From a virus (Duplodnaviria > Caudoviricetes), in the IMG/VR virus record IMGVR_UViG_3300032237_001169, positions 44,842 through 108,841 of that record: DNA of 64,000 nucleotides, one strand, 5' to 3'. A program made the position numbers and the translations under genes. Below the pieces are notes generated by a model that worked only from the letters and a program-made list of their open reading frames with translations, was not told the DNA's origin and ran no database searches. Below are positions 39,905 to 50,456 of the stretch, one piece after another (the first letter of the stretch is position 1; each line of letters starts with the position of its first letter).

Positions 39905-40477
39905 ATGAAATACTTTTTAGGCCTAGATGTAGAAACAGGCGGCATCGCTGATGATAAATCATTGTTGACCGCATATTTTGGATTTTATGAGTTGGTTAAT
40001 GATAACTTCAATAAGTTGGATGAACTTGATTTGAAGATCAAGCCCAATGATAATGTTTATCATCTTACTGCCGAAAGTCTTGATATTAACAAAATCAATA
40101 TTATTGAACACAACAAAGTTGCAATATTTGAGAAGATTGCCGGTCAACAACTATATAAAAAGCTTCAAGACTGGTTTAATGTCAGCAAGGGTAAACTGAT
40201 TCCCGTTGGACATAATGTGAATTTTGATATTCGCAAAGTGACCACTACCTTGATTAGTCTTGGAAGTTGGGAGAATTTTGTCAGTTATCGTTTGATGGAT
40301 ACATGCACAATTGCTCAATTTTATCGTATTTGTGGCAAGTTGCCCGATGATCTTAGTTGCAGTCTTGGACATTTGGCTGGATATTACAAAGTGTATTCCA
40401 GCGGCAAACAGCATGAAGCAAAATGTGATGTCGAATTGACAATGGGTGTATTAAAAAATCTAATGAAAAACGCATGA
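39905..40477 (+). CDS. DEDDh 3'-5' exonuclease
   Basis: LDVETGG, GHNV.FD, DT, HEA..DV. Confidence 0.9.
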   Translation: MKYFLGLDVETGGIADDKSLLTAYFGFYELVNDNFNKLDELDLKIKPNDNVYHLTAESLDINKINIIEHNKVAIFEKIAGQQLYKKLQDWFNVSKGKLIPVGHNVNFDIRKVTTTLISLGSWENFVSYRLMDTCTIAQFYRICGKLPDDLSCSLGHLAGYYKVYSSGKQHEAKCDVELTMGVLKNLMKNA

Positions 40478-40965
40478 AAAACATATTTGTATTTATTGCT
40501 GCTCTTAGCCTATTGACTGGGTGCATCAAAACGGAATCTACACAAATAAAAGATATTGAAGAAGCATTTCCAGATTGTGAAATTAGAAAAATTCCAAATA
40601 CTTCTACGTATCACCAATGGTTGGTGAAAACTCCAGCAAATAAAATCATTTACGTTTATTTTGATGCCGGATGTAATATTGTTTCAATTCCAATGTATTA
40701 AATTATGAAGACTAAAATTCTAGCATGTATTGCTATCGCAGTTGTGATGACGGGCTGCGAAAGAGAAAAATACATGTCACCAATGGATTGTGATATCGTA
40801 ATTAGAGAAAAATATACAAATTGTTCAATAACACGATTGACAATTCCAGAACAAGAACCTGATCGTGATAGTTATCACCCAAAGTGGTTAGTAAAAACTC
40901 CTGAAAATAATATTATCTTTATTCAACGATACAATGATGAATTAATTGAGCAAAATATTTTCTAA
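40474..40965 (+). CDS. Two paralogous small lipoproteins (40474-40701, 40705-40965)
   Basis: LTGC/MTGC lipoboxes; shared WLVKTP.N.II. Confidence 0.75.
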
Positions 40966-40968
40966 TAT

Positions 40969-41226
40969 ATGAATGAATATTTTTGTGGATGTGGAAATGC
41001 AATTCATAGTGAGCGTTATGCACTTGGATACAAAATTTGTTTAAAGTGTGGTGAGCGAGCTGCATTCAAACAAAAGCCATTTGGATATCCAAACTATGCA
41101 CATAAAACAGCAGGCAGTATTGTTATCACAAGCAAGGCTGGATTTGATAATTATAAAAAAATATCATATAGAAAAAACAAAGGAAGCAATATGGGTTATG
41201 CTTCTCGCCTTACAACTAGTTTTTAA
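40969..41226 (+). CDS. Zinc-finger phage protein
   Basis: C.CG..I..ER..LGY..CL.CGE, HK. Confidence 0.7.
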   Translation: MNEYFCGCGNAIHSERYALGYKICLKCGERAAFKQKPFGYPNYAHKTAGSIVITSKAGFDNYKKISYRKNKGSNMGYASRLTTSF

Positions 41227-41334
41227 AAAGTTCTTGACGTTTTCATTTTTTCGTCTATAGTTATAGGCGTAATGAAGATTGATTAAGATAAATCTCTGTT
41301 ACATAAACAAAGTAGAAAGATACAAGATAAATCT

Positions 41335-42267
41335 ATGAACGTTACACAACTCGCAGACGTTGCGATTATCGTTGGCAGATATCAAACTCACACACTTCAC
41401 GCGGAGCAAATCCGAATGATCGATGAAGTCGTCAAGCGTCACAATCACACAATCATTGTTATTGGAAATAGCTTGATGCGTGGAACCATTGCTAATCCAT
41501 TGGATTTTCGTGCCCGTAAAACAACGATTCAAGAAAAGTTTCCAAAAATTGATATTCTCTATATCAACGATATTCCCAAGGATAATACTCTTTGGAGCAC
41601 CAATCTTGACAAACTTATCAAGGATAATATCAATAACAATCAAACCGTGGCAATTTATGGTGCCAAAGACACTGTTATTGCAAAATACACTGGAAAATTT
41701 GCTACTTTTGAATTTGAAGCAAGTAGCTTTGTCAGTGCCGACGAACTGCGTCGTCAAGCAACTACCAATTATCAGCCAAACGAACAATATCGTGCCGGTA
41801 TTGTTGCCGCACAGGCAAATCGTTTTCCCACTGCATATCAAACGATTGATGTTGCAATTGTTGATGATAATGGTCGTTTGTTGATGGGTCGCAAGCCAAC
41901 TGAAACCAAGTGGCGTTTTATTGGCGGATTTAGCGATCCAAATAGTGCTTCGCTAGAAGCAGATGCTCGTCGTGAAGCTCAAGAGGAAACTGGTGTTGAA
42001 ATTGATGGAATCATTTATTTGGGTTCACTCAAAATCAACGATAGCCGTTATATGTTTGAAGTGGATTGCATTAAAACTGCTTTCTTCGTTGGCAAATATA
42101 TTTTTGGTCGTCCTCAAGGCAATGATGATATTGCCGAAGTGCGATGGATTCCTATCAAAGATTTGAACAAAAATGATATTGGTGAATTTCACCATGTTTT
42201 GGTTGACATGTTCATGGAGAAATTTGTTAAAAATGAAACGCTTTATAAGCAGTACGTTACTGCTTGA
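41335..42267 (+). CDS. nadM: Bifunctional NMN adenylyltransferase / ADP-ribose pyrophosphatase (NadM-Nudix)
   Basis: GRYQ..TLH, GNS....NPL, SA.ELR; Nudix GGF.D....E..ARRE..EETG, DD. Confidence 0.9.
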   Translation: MNVTQLADVAIIVGRYQTHTLHAEQIRMIDEVVKRHNHTIIVIGNSLMRGTIANPLDFRARKTTIQEKFPKIDILYINDIPKDNTLWSTNLDKLIKDNINNNQTVAIYGAKDTVIAKYTGKFATFEFEASSFVSADELRRQATTNYQPNEQYRAGIVAAQANRFPTAYQTIDVAIVDDNGRLLMGRKPTETKWRFIGGFSDPNSASLEADARREAQEETGVEIDGIIYLGSLKINDSRYMFEVDCIKTAFFVGKYIFGRPQGNDDIAEVRWIPIKDLNKNDIGEFHHVLVDMFMEKFVKNETLYKQYVTA

Positions 42268-42298
42268 CATACTTTAGTTAATCGCTAAAGTCATGGTT

Positions 42299-42339
42299 GT
42301 AAGATAACTGAGATACAGATAAGGTTAAATTACGAATAT
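42299..42339 (+). promoter_or_regulatory. Conserved leader element (copy 1)
   Basis: 36/41 identical to 43488-43528. Confidence 0.8.
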
Positions 42340-43453
42340 GAAAGAAAACTATATTAAAGAATTACAAAATTGTGGCAAGATGTTTTTTGTTGCCGCAACT
42401 GGTGGTGGTACGAGTTTTATTGGTGAATTTCTTAAAATTCCCGGTGGAAGCCAATGTATTGTTGGCGGTTATGTTCCTTACGCTATCGAAGCCACAAATA
42501 ATTTCGTTGGTGGCAAACTAGACAAATATGCAGATGCAAATGCTGCACGGCGTCTTGCAGTGGCAAGCTATGAAAATTGTCTAAAAATTAAAACTACAAC
42601 TACAAACAATTGTGTTGGTGTTGGTATTGCATGTAGTCTTGTAAAAGACAAAGAACGTGATGGACGTGAACATTACATTAATGTTGCTGTTCATACATAT
42701 AATGAAACATTTGGTGTTAGTGTTGTACTCAAAAAAAGCAAGCTAGATCGTGTTGAAGAAGAGGAATTTGTCAATGATTTGACACTATTTGTTCTCGCCA
42801 AGAGATATTGCAAGAATATTGACCGTGAATGGGAAATCGTTCACCAAATGATTTATTTGGACAATGGTGGTGAAGCGACGACTTTTTGGGGATACAATCG
42901 TATGGTTGATTGTGATTTGTATTGCAATGCAATCGATTATATTAATAAAAATGATACAATTGTTATTTACCCCGGCTCATTTTTTCCCCTACACGAAGGG
43001 CATCGTGAAATTTATCATTTAGCACATAAAATTACACAATTGCCTGTATTTTATGAATTGAGCGTTACCAACAGCTACAAACCTAGCATGGATTATGTAG
43101 ATTTGGAAAATCGTTACAAGCAATTCAACAATATTGGATGGCGCAATGCTGTAATTCTCACCAAGGCACCACGCTTTGTTGATAAAGTTACGTTGCTTAA
43201 AAAGCATTTTAATCCAAAAGAAATTATCATTGTTGTGGGTGCTGATACATGGGAACGTGTATATGATGATGCCGCACACAAAAATGGAGATATTAAGTTT
43301 TTTGAAGACAATAATGTGAAATTCTTGGTTTTTGGTCGCAATGCCGAAATTAAAAATCAAGATAGCACATTGTTTATTAAAAATGATTTGGCATTGAATT
43401 ATAACAATAACATTAGTTCGACTGCCATTAGAAAAGTTCAAGCTAGTGCTTGA
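42338..43453 (+). CDS. CinA-like domain plus HxGH nucleotidyltransferase
   Basis: TGGG......IPGGS....VPY; YPGSF.PLHEGH, VVGADT..R, ISSTAIR. Confidence 0.75.
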   Translation: MKENYIKELQNCGKMFFVAATGGGTSFIGEFLKIPGGSQCIVGGYVPYAIEATNNFVGGKLDKYADANAARRLAVASYENCLKIKTTTTNNCVGVGIACSLVKDKERDGREHYINVAVHTYNETFGVSVVLKKSKLDRVEEEEFVNDLTLFVLAKRYCKNIDREWEIVHQMIYLDNGGEATTFWGYNRMVDCDLYCNAIDYINKNDTIVIYPGSFFPLHEGHREIYHLAHKITQLPVFYELSVTNSYKPSMDYVDLENRYKQFNNIGWRNAVILTKAPRFVDKVTLLKKHFNPKEIIIVVGADTWERVYDDAAHKNGDIKFFEDNNVKFLVFGRNAEIKNQDSTLFIKNDLALNYNNNISSTAIRKVQASA

Positions 43454-43487
43454 CTTTACTGGCCGGTCATGTAAAGTGATTGGCGAA

Positions 43488-43528
43488 GTAAGTTAATTGA
43501 GATACAGATTAGATTAAATTACAAATAT
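43488..43528 (+). promoter_or_regulatory. Conserved leader element (copy 2)
   Basis: gtaagttaattgagatacagattagattaaattacaaatat. Confidence 0.8.
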
Positions 43529-44950
43529 ATGAATATTATTATTAATACCACTGAATGGGGTAAGAACATTTGTCTTACTACCGATAGCTACAAGCTCAAC
43601 CACTGGAATCAATATCCTATTGGCACACAGTACGTTTATTCGTATTTTGAATGCCGCAAGGGTGCTCGTTTTGCAGATGCTCCGTTTTTCGGATTGCAGC
43701 GCATTATTTTGGATCACCTTGTTGGCGTCGTTGTGACTCGCGCCAAGATTGAAAAGGCTGCACGTCTTTGCAAAGCTCATTTTGGAAATGAGAAATATTT
43801 CAATCGTGCTGGATGGGAACATATTCTCAATGTTCACGGCGGCAAACTTCCTATTCGCATTCGTGCTGTTGAAGAAGGCACTGTTGTTCCCGTTAATAAC
43901 GTTTTGATGACCATTGAAAACACTGATCCACAGTGCTATTGGCTCACCAATTTCCTCGAAACTATTCTCACTCATGTTTGGTACGGAACTACCGTTGCTG
44001 CATTGAGCCGCGAAGTTAAGCGCAAGGTTAACAAGTATTTGAAGAAGAATTCTGATGGCGGAATGCTGCAATTTTTCTTGCATGATTTCGGTTATCGTGG
44101 CGCATCTTCGTATGAAACTGCTGGCACTGGTGGTGCTGCTCATTTGATCAATTTCCTTGGCACCGACACTATCGTTGCTATGGAAACTGCAATGAATTAC
44201 TATAATGCAAATCTGGATACTCTTGCATTCAGCGTTGCTGCAACTGAACACAGCATTATGACTTCGATGGGTGCTGATGGTGAAGAGGGTGTTGTTGACC
44301 ATTTGCTCAATGAATATCCCGACGGCATTCTATCTGTTGTTTCTGATAGCTATGATATTTACAACTTCGTTGATAATATTGTAGGAAAAAAGTTCAAGGA
44401 TCGTATTGTTGCTCGTAATGGTGTATTTGTTGTTCGTCCAGATTCGATTACTCCTACTCACCAAACTCCTGAAGAGGAAATGGTTTGGATTATTGAATCT
44501 TTGTGGAAGAATTTCGGTGGCACCGTAAATAGCAAGGGATACAAGGTTATCAATCCAAAGATTCGTGTTCTTTGGGGTGACGGCATTGATATTGATGGAA
44601 TTGAAAAGATTCTTATTGCTGTTGATACTGCTGGATTTGCGACCGAAAATATTGCTTGTTTCGGTATGGGTGGTGGACTGTTGCAGAAGGTAAATCGTGA
44701 CACTCAGCGTTGCGCTTTCAAGTCGTCTGCTCAGTGCCGCAATGGTGTTTGGTACGATATTTTCAAAAATCCGAAGGATGCAACCAAGGCATCTAAGAAG
44801 GGCAAGCTCAAGTTGACCAAGATTAATGGTGAATTTGTCACGGTCATTGAGAATGAACCCGGCGAGGATTATTTGAAGGTCGTATTTGAGAATGGTGAAT
44901 TGGTCAAGTTTGTTGACTTTGACACCATTCGCAAGAATGCGGCACTCTAA
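43529..44950 (+). CDS. nadV: Nicotinamide phosphoribosyltransferase
   Basis: TDSYK..H..QYP, HDFGYRG, ATEHS, SVVSDSYD, VRPDS, GDG, FGMGGGLLQ..NRDT. Confidence 0.95.
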   Translation: MNIIINTTEWGKNICLTTDSYKLNHWNQYPIGTQYVYSYFECRKGARFADAPFFGLQRIILDHLVGVVVTRAKIEKAARLCKAHFGNEKYFNRAGWEHILNVHGGKLPIRIRAVEEGTVVPVNNVLMTIENTDPQCYWLTNFLETILTHVWYGTTVAALSREVKRKVNKYLKKNSDGGMLQFFLHDFGYRGASSYETAGTGGAAHLINFLGTDTIVAMETAMNYYNANLDTLAFSVAATEHSIMTSMGADGEEGVVDHLLNEYPDGILSVVSDSYDIYNFVDNIVGKKFKDRIVARNGVFVVRPDSITPTHQTPEEEMVWIIESLWKNFGGTVNSKGYKVINPKIRVLWGDGIDIDGIEKILIAVDTAGFATENIACFGMGGGLLQKVNRDTQRCAFKSSAQCRNGVWYDIFKNPKDATKASKKGKLKLTKINGEFVTVIENEPGEDYLKVVFENGELVKFVDFDTIRKNAAL

Positions 44951-44968
44951 AAGTTAGTTGAAAGGTTT

Positions 44969-44997
44969 GCGGTTATCCTACGAAACCGCTTTTTTTA
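44969..44997 (+). terminator. Intrinsic terminator
   Basis: gcggtt..aaccgc followed by ttttttt. Confidence 0.7.
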
Positions 44998-45492
44998 TGA
45001 AAACTACTAAATTATATGCAGTTCAAAAAAATGAAGACCAAACAGAAGGTCGTGGTCCAATGACCGATGTGTATTATACCACAAGTAAAGAACTGGCACT
45101 AAAAATAGTAACCTCGTTCATATTTTATGGAAAATATGGCGTACAAGGATGTCCTCCATATAAAGGCGGTGAATATGATATAAAAGAAAAAGAGTTTACT
45201 ATTTTAGAAAATCTGGAAGATTTCTTTAATATTGAAAATAATCTAAAAATAAAAAATGCATTGTCTAAATTGTCAGAAGAAGAAAAACAAATATTAGGTC
45301 TGAAATAGATTAATTATGAAAAAATCATATGGATTTAAAACTTACGCGGTTGTTTGTATTCATGATGATAATATCAATGATTTTCAAGTTATTGAATATT
45401 TTTATGCTCCAGATCCAGCATTTGAGTTGGTAGATGAATTAAATAAAAAAAATATTATTGGTAGAAAATACGAAGTAATGAAATATGATTGA
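44998..45492 (+). CDS. Two hypothetical proteins (44998-45308, 45316-45492)
   Basis: First has D.TEGRG and an ALSKLS.EEK.ILGL tail shared with 1681-1974. Confidence 0.6.
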
Positions 45493-45558
45493 CAATCTTC
45501 TATAAGACTGTATAGTGGTAAAAACTCTAAAATAATTATGTTTTTAAAAAATAACACT

Positions 45559-46065
45559 ATGGAAAATCCCTTCGCAGGTAAAAATGTTGCAACTGATACT
45601 CATGTCTATTTTTATACAAATTGGCTGAGTAACTGGAAAATTTGCAAGATTGTCGATCCTAATACCAAACTTGAATTTTCTACCACTGAACAGTTGTATA
45701 TGTGGTATAAAGCTAAGTTTTTTGGTGATACTGAAACGCTAAAAAAGCTTGAACTTGCCATTGATCCAAAAGTTGCCAAGGATCTTGGTCGTGTTGTAGC
45801 AAATTATAAAGATGATTTGTGGGAATGCGTTCGATATGGATATATGGTATATGCTAACTATCTGAAATATACTCAAAATCCTGAATTGAAGGAAAAGTTG
45901 CTTGCCACTGAAAATAAAATTTTGGTAGAAGCAAGTAAAATTGACAATATTTGGGGAGTTGGTCTTGCCGCAAATGATCCGCTTATTCTTGATGAAAAGA
46001 ATTGGACTGGCAGAAATTTGCTTGGAAAATCTATTATGGACGTTCGCAACTTGATCAAAAAGTAA
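45559..46065 (+). CDS. NADAR (YbiA/DUF1768) ADP-ribosyl glycohydrolase
   Basis: LSNW, EQ.YM..KA.FF.D, K.LGR.V, K..QN..L...LL.T, LVEAS..D.IWG.G, G.NLLG. Confidence 0.9.
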   Translation: MENPFAGKNVATDTHVYFYTNWLSNWKICKIVDPNTKLEFSTTEQLYMWYKAKFFGDTETLKKLELAIDPKVAKDLGRVVANYKDDLWECVRYGYMVYANYLKYTQNPELKEKLLATENKILVEASKIDNIWGVGLAANDPLILDEKNWTGRNLLGKSIMDVRNLIKK

Positions 46066-46067
46066 AT

Positions 46068-46629
46068 ATGATTATCAAACATATTGATGGTACTGAAGTT
46101 GATACTGACAAATTGCCAGATATTGACGCGCAAATTCTTGAAAAAACAGAAGAATTGCATAGATTGTGTGAATCTGCAAATAGAATTTTTCTGTTGCAGA
46201 TTGATACCAAAGGAAATCAAAAACTAACCACTTTTTGGAATCTTAAAAGTGGTTCCAATACCAATGATGAAATGGTGAGTAAGTGTTTTGCAAAACTTGC
46301 AAAGGCGGCTCATAGCTATTTTATGATGTGTAGCAATGGACAATTTGGTTTATTTCCAACAAATGCCGTTGATATGGATAAATTGAATGACAGTTTCAAT
46401 GGCACCAACGAAGATAATGACGATGAATGATTCGTATTATGCACTAATCGGTAGTTTGAGTGCCACTATTTTTTCTCAAACTTCAAACACTGAATCTACA
46501 AATATTAAAGAATCAACACACCCAACACAAGTTAGCAATTGTCATATCAATAATGACAATCAATATATCGACAAAACACATCCAAAAAAATATAATAGTT
46601 TTTATTATTTATTTGACCCCGACCACTAA
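46068..46629 (+). CDS. Two hypothetical proteins (46068-46430, 46423-46629)
   Basis: ORFs. Confidence 0.55.
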
Positions 46630-46715
46630 TAAATTATGAACGATATCGTTAAACAGGTGATTGTAATGCGTAATAATTGTTTGACTTTTTAATGAATTTG
46701 ATCATATTCATATGT

Positions 46716-47565
46716 ATGATCATTTATTTAGCAACAAACAAAATTACTAACCAGAAATATATAGGACAAACAATACGATCTTTGTCAGAAAGACAATCAG
46801 CGCATGAATATGCCGCAAAAAAAGGAAGTAAATATTATTTCCACCGTGCCATTAAAAAATATGGGATAGAAAATTTCATATGGCAAATAATTGATACTGC
46901 ATCTTCATTTGAAGAATTAAATGAAAAGGAAAAAAATACATTAAATTATACGAATCTAAAAATTGTGGGTATAATTTAACTGATGGTGGGCATGGAATTC
47001 GCGGATGGAAACACACAGAAGAAACAAAAGAAAAAATTAGACAGTGCGCTATAAAAATAATAATGCACAATATTTAAAAAAATTTCTTCAAAGTGAAGAA
47101 GGCAGAAAAAAATTCATCAATACAGCTTGGAAAAACATATGAAATGAAGTTTGGAAAAGAAAAAGCGGATAAAATTATAAATGAAAAAAAGAAATCATAT
47201 AATGAAAAATACGGAGAGCAAAAAGCATCAGTAATACAAAACCGAATATCTATTAATAATAAATCTCATTTATCGTCAGTTAAAAATAAAATGTCTATAT
47301 CTCATAAAAAAGATTAGATAAAAATGGAAAAAGAATAGATATCACCGAAAATGGCAGAATCGGAATGCGAAACGAAAAAATTGGAGATAAAAATCCAAAT
47401 TATAAATACGTTGATGATACCATAATAGACACGTTAATTATTGAATATAAAATTAATAAAAAAATAACAGCGGAGATGGTAAAAAAACATGGACTGTCTA
47501 TTTATTTGATAACCCGTATATTAAAAAATAAAGGTATATATATATGTCAAAAAACGATGAAATAA
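46716..47565 (+). mobile_element. GIY-YIG (Seg-like) homing endonuclease, multiply frameshifted
   Basis: IIYLATN....KYIGQT, AIKKYG.ENF, GYNLTDGG, KHTEETKEKI; frame breaks at A-runs. Confidence 0.8.
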
Positions 47566-47921
47566 AACAAATTTTGGTGATTAGAAAGGACTTAAATATG
47601 GGCAAAGGCAAACTTGTGGCTCAAGGTAGTCACGCAAGTATTAGTTTTTTGACCAGAAAACTTCAATCTGGTCGAAAAATGACTGATGTCGAACAACAAT
47701 GGGTAAATGATAGATTTACCAAGATTTGCGTTCGTGTAGACAGTGAACAAGAATTAATTGATATTCATAACAAAGCATTGTCTCATGGCGTTGAAAGTCA
47801 TTTAATCACTGATGCTGGATTGACTGAATTTAACGGAGTGCCTACAAAAACATGTTTGGCACTTGGACCTGATTATGCCAGTAAAATTGATTCAATTACC
47901 GGACACTTGAAATTATTGTAA
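47544..47921 (+). CDS. pth2: Peptidyl-tRNA hydrolase Pth2
   Basis: KQ.LVIRKDL.MGKGK..AQ.SHA, KI, DAGLTE, T.TCLALGP, TG.LKLL. Confidence 0.95.
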   Translation: MSKNDEIKQILVIRKDLNMGKGKLVAQGSHASISFLTRKLQSGRKMTDVEQQWVNDRFTKICVRVDSEQELIDIHNKALSHGVESHLITDAGLTEFNGVPTKTCLALGPDYASKIDSITGHLKLL

Positions 47922-47923
47922 AA

Positions 47924-48118
47924 ATGATAAGTGTTATAATTGTCAATTTTCATAGTGACGATGCCGATCTTCTAAAGCGTATGAAATACAATTTAGAAAA
48001 AGCTGGCTTTTCTCTAACAGAGAGCTATAGTAGTGGTGAAGCGAGTGAAAAACAGAGTGATGTAGGTATCTTGGCTGAAACATTAACATTGGTTTATAAC
48101 AAAACTCATGAATGCTAA
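47924..48118 (+). CDS. Hypothetical protein
   Basis: ORF. Confidence 0.55.
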   Translation: MISVIIVNFHSDDADLLKRMKYNLEKAGFSLTESYSSGEASEKQSDVGILAETLTLVYNKTHEC

Positions 48119-48338
48119 TCTAACAGAAGAACAATATAAGAAATTGTTGGTTGATGCTATTTGCAATCATTCTCCCGGCGCTTCTTGTGAAGAATCGCAT
48201 GAATTGGAAAAACGCGGATTTGCAAAATTCACTGGAAATCAATGAAACCAAGATTGGTCTTGGATTCCAAATGCATTGGAAAAAACGAATATTGGTTCGT
48301 TGGAAGAACTTTACAAAAATTATTTGCCCCAATCATAA
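48108..48338 (+). pseudogene. Hypothetical protein with in-frame TGA at 48243
   Basis: ...AKFTGNQ*NQDWSWIPNAL... Confidence 0.55.
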
Positions 48339-49216
48339 ATAAGTTTATATCCCGCATTTTCAATATTTTTGATTTTTTCTAATGTCAATTGATATAATTT
48401 TCCAAATTTTATTCCATTTTTTGGATTGACATCATCGGGATTATAAAATTTAGGATTACCATGCCAAAATGAACCAAAATATTCATAAACAATTTTATTT
48501 TTTTTATCATATGCATCAACTTTATATTTAATACCATTAATAATAATTATCTTTTGTCTATATTCTTTTGGAATGCCTAAAGAATCTAACCACAAAATTT
48601 CCGCTTTTGATACATTATATCCACAATGAGGACATCCGTTTTTTATGTAAATATGATTGCCTGCTTTTTGGGAAAACATTCCGTGTTGCGGACAAATAAT
48701 ATGAACGGAATTTTTCATACCGGTATAATTAACAATTGAATAATCATATTTTGAGCCGTGAATTGACTTAGACATATCAATAAACTCTTTGGTAGATAAC
48801 GTATTAAGCTGTGACAGTTTTATTGATTTGCATTTGGGACATCCTTTACCATGATTAACATGATTTAGAGGTAATTGTGTAAAAGTTCCATGCAAATTGC
48901 ATTTTATTTTTACTTTTGTTTGAGAATTTATATATTCCGTTTCAATGTAATTATACGTTCCATTATGAACTTTATTGGCATTACAAATAAATTCATCTTT
49001 AGTAAACGTTAAATTTTTATTTTGTTGTTCATATTGACATTTACTACATCCCTGTTTACGCATTATATGACAATACGGAGTTTGTAAAAAATCACCATGC
49101 AACGGACAAGTTATGACAACTTTTTTCTTGCTTCCTAGACAAACTACCTTACTATAGTCGTAGAAATTGTTATGCACCTGATTTGCTAAATCAAAATTAA
49201 AATCTTTTCGTCTCAT
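48320..49216 (-). mobile_element. Homing endonuclease with repeated zinc-binding modules and a Vsr-like domain
   Basis: Three copies of F...A..VH...YDYS....I.C..HG.F.Q....H...GC..C; VDAYD...YEYFGSFWHG. Confidence 0.85.
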
Positions 49217-49267
49217 ATACTTAAATATTAAGTAAAATAACTAAATTGTAAAATAAATAGACAAATT

Positions 49268-50245
49268 ATGAGTTCCAATAATAACCAACTTAAAATTTTT
49301 TCGGGGAGAGCTAACATCGAATTTACAGAGAAAATCTGCGATAATTCGGTCATTAAACCCGGTATGATTTATCATCATACTTTTCCAAATAAAGAATCAT
49401 ACTGTCAAATCAAAGAAAATGTAAGAGGATGTGATGTATTTTTGGTCTCTTGTAAAGGAGAAAACACAAACGATTCATTAATGGAATTGCTTATTATGGC
49501 CGATGCGGCAAAAAGAGCCAGTGCGGGAAGAATTACAGCAGTTATTCCATATTTTTACTACGGTCGTTCTGATCGCAAAGACAAGTCGCGTGTACCAATC
49601 AGTGCCAAATTGGTTCTTGACATTATCGAAACTGCCGGTATTGACCGTGTGGTAACTATGGATTTGCACAGTCCTCAAGTTGGTGGATTTACCAATTTGC
49701 CATTTGATCATTTGACCTTTGAACCTGTGCTTGTCAATTATATTCGTAACAAGTATCATAGTCTTGCACTGCGTGATAGTGTTGTTTTGATGGCACCTGA
49801 TGTTGGTGCTGTTAAGCGAATTGAAAAATATGCTACTATTCTAAAAAGTGATTTTGGATTTATTAGCAAAAAGCGTATTGGTGATGACAAAGTTGAATTG
49901 CAGAGTATTGTTGGCGATGTCAAAGGCAAACACGTTATCATTATTGATGATTTGACTGAAAGCTGTGGAACTCTGATTCAAGCTGCGGATGCTTGCAAAA
50001 ACAATGGTGCAACCAATGTAACTACTGTTGTAACACACGGTTGCATTACTGAAACAGGTGTTAATCGACTTGAAAATGCACTTGTAAATAAAGTTATTGA
50101 TGAATTTGTATATAGCAATACAGCAAATATTGCCAAGAATACAAAGTTGGCAGATCGTCTTGTTGAATTGGATGTTAGCATGGTGTTTGCCAAAGCAATC
50201 AATAACATTCACAACAATGAAAGTGTAAGCGAATTGTTTATCTGA
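49268..50245 (+). CDS. prs: Ribose-phosphate pyrophosphokinase
   Basis: MELL...DA.KRASA.RI.AVIPY..Y.R.DRK, MDLH, PD.GA, IIDD....GT. Confidence 0.95.
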   Translation: MSSNNNQLKIFSGRANIEFTEKICDNSVIKPGMIYHHTFPNKESYCQIKENVRGCDVFLVSCKGENTNDSLMELLIMADAAKRASAGRITAVIPYFYYGRSDRKDKSRVPISAKLVLDIIETAGIDRVVTMDLHSPQVGGFTNLPFDHLTFEPVLVNYIRNKYHSLALRDSVVLMAPDVGAVKRIEKYATILKSDFGFISKKRIGDDKVELQSIVGDVKGKHVIIIDDLTESCGTLIQAADACKNNGATNVTTVVTHGCITETGVNRLENALVNKVIDEFVYSNTANIAKNTKLADRLVELDVSMVFAKAINNIHNNESVSELFI

Positions 50246-50456
50246 TTTATACCCAAAACGAATCAATATAATACACTAATTTCTGCATGGACTAGAGAAA
50301 TGCATATGATTAATTCTGCATTATATGATTTGGAATTGGATAGAACAATGGATAAAAAAGCAAAAGCAGCATTAACTAAAGTATATAAAAATAGAATAAA
50401 ACGTTGTAAGTATAATATTACTAGAGCTAAAAATCTAAAAAAGAAAGCATAATTAT

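Noticed and set aside
48320-49560. prs as another N-terminus replacement case
   Set aside because: The 5' codon style looks different, but no orphan stub is visible upstream of the HEG.
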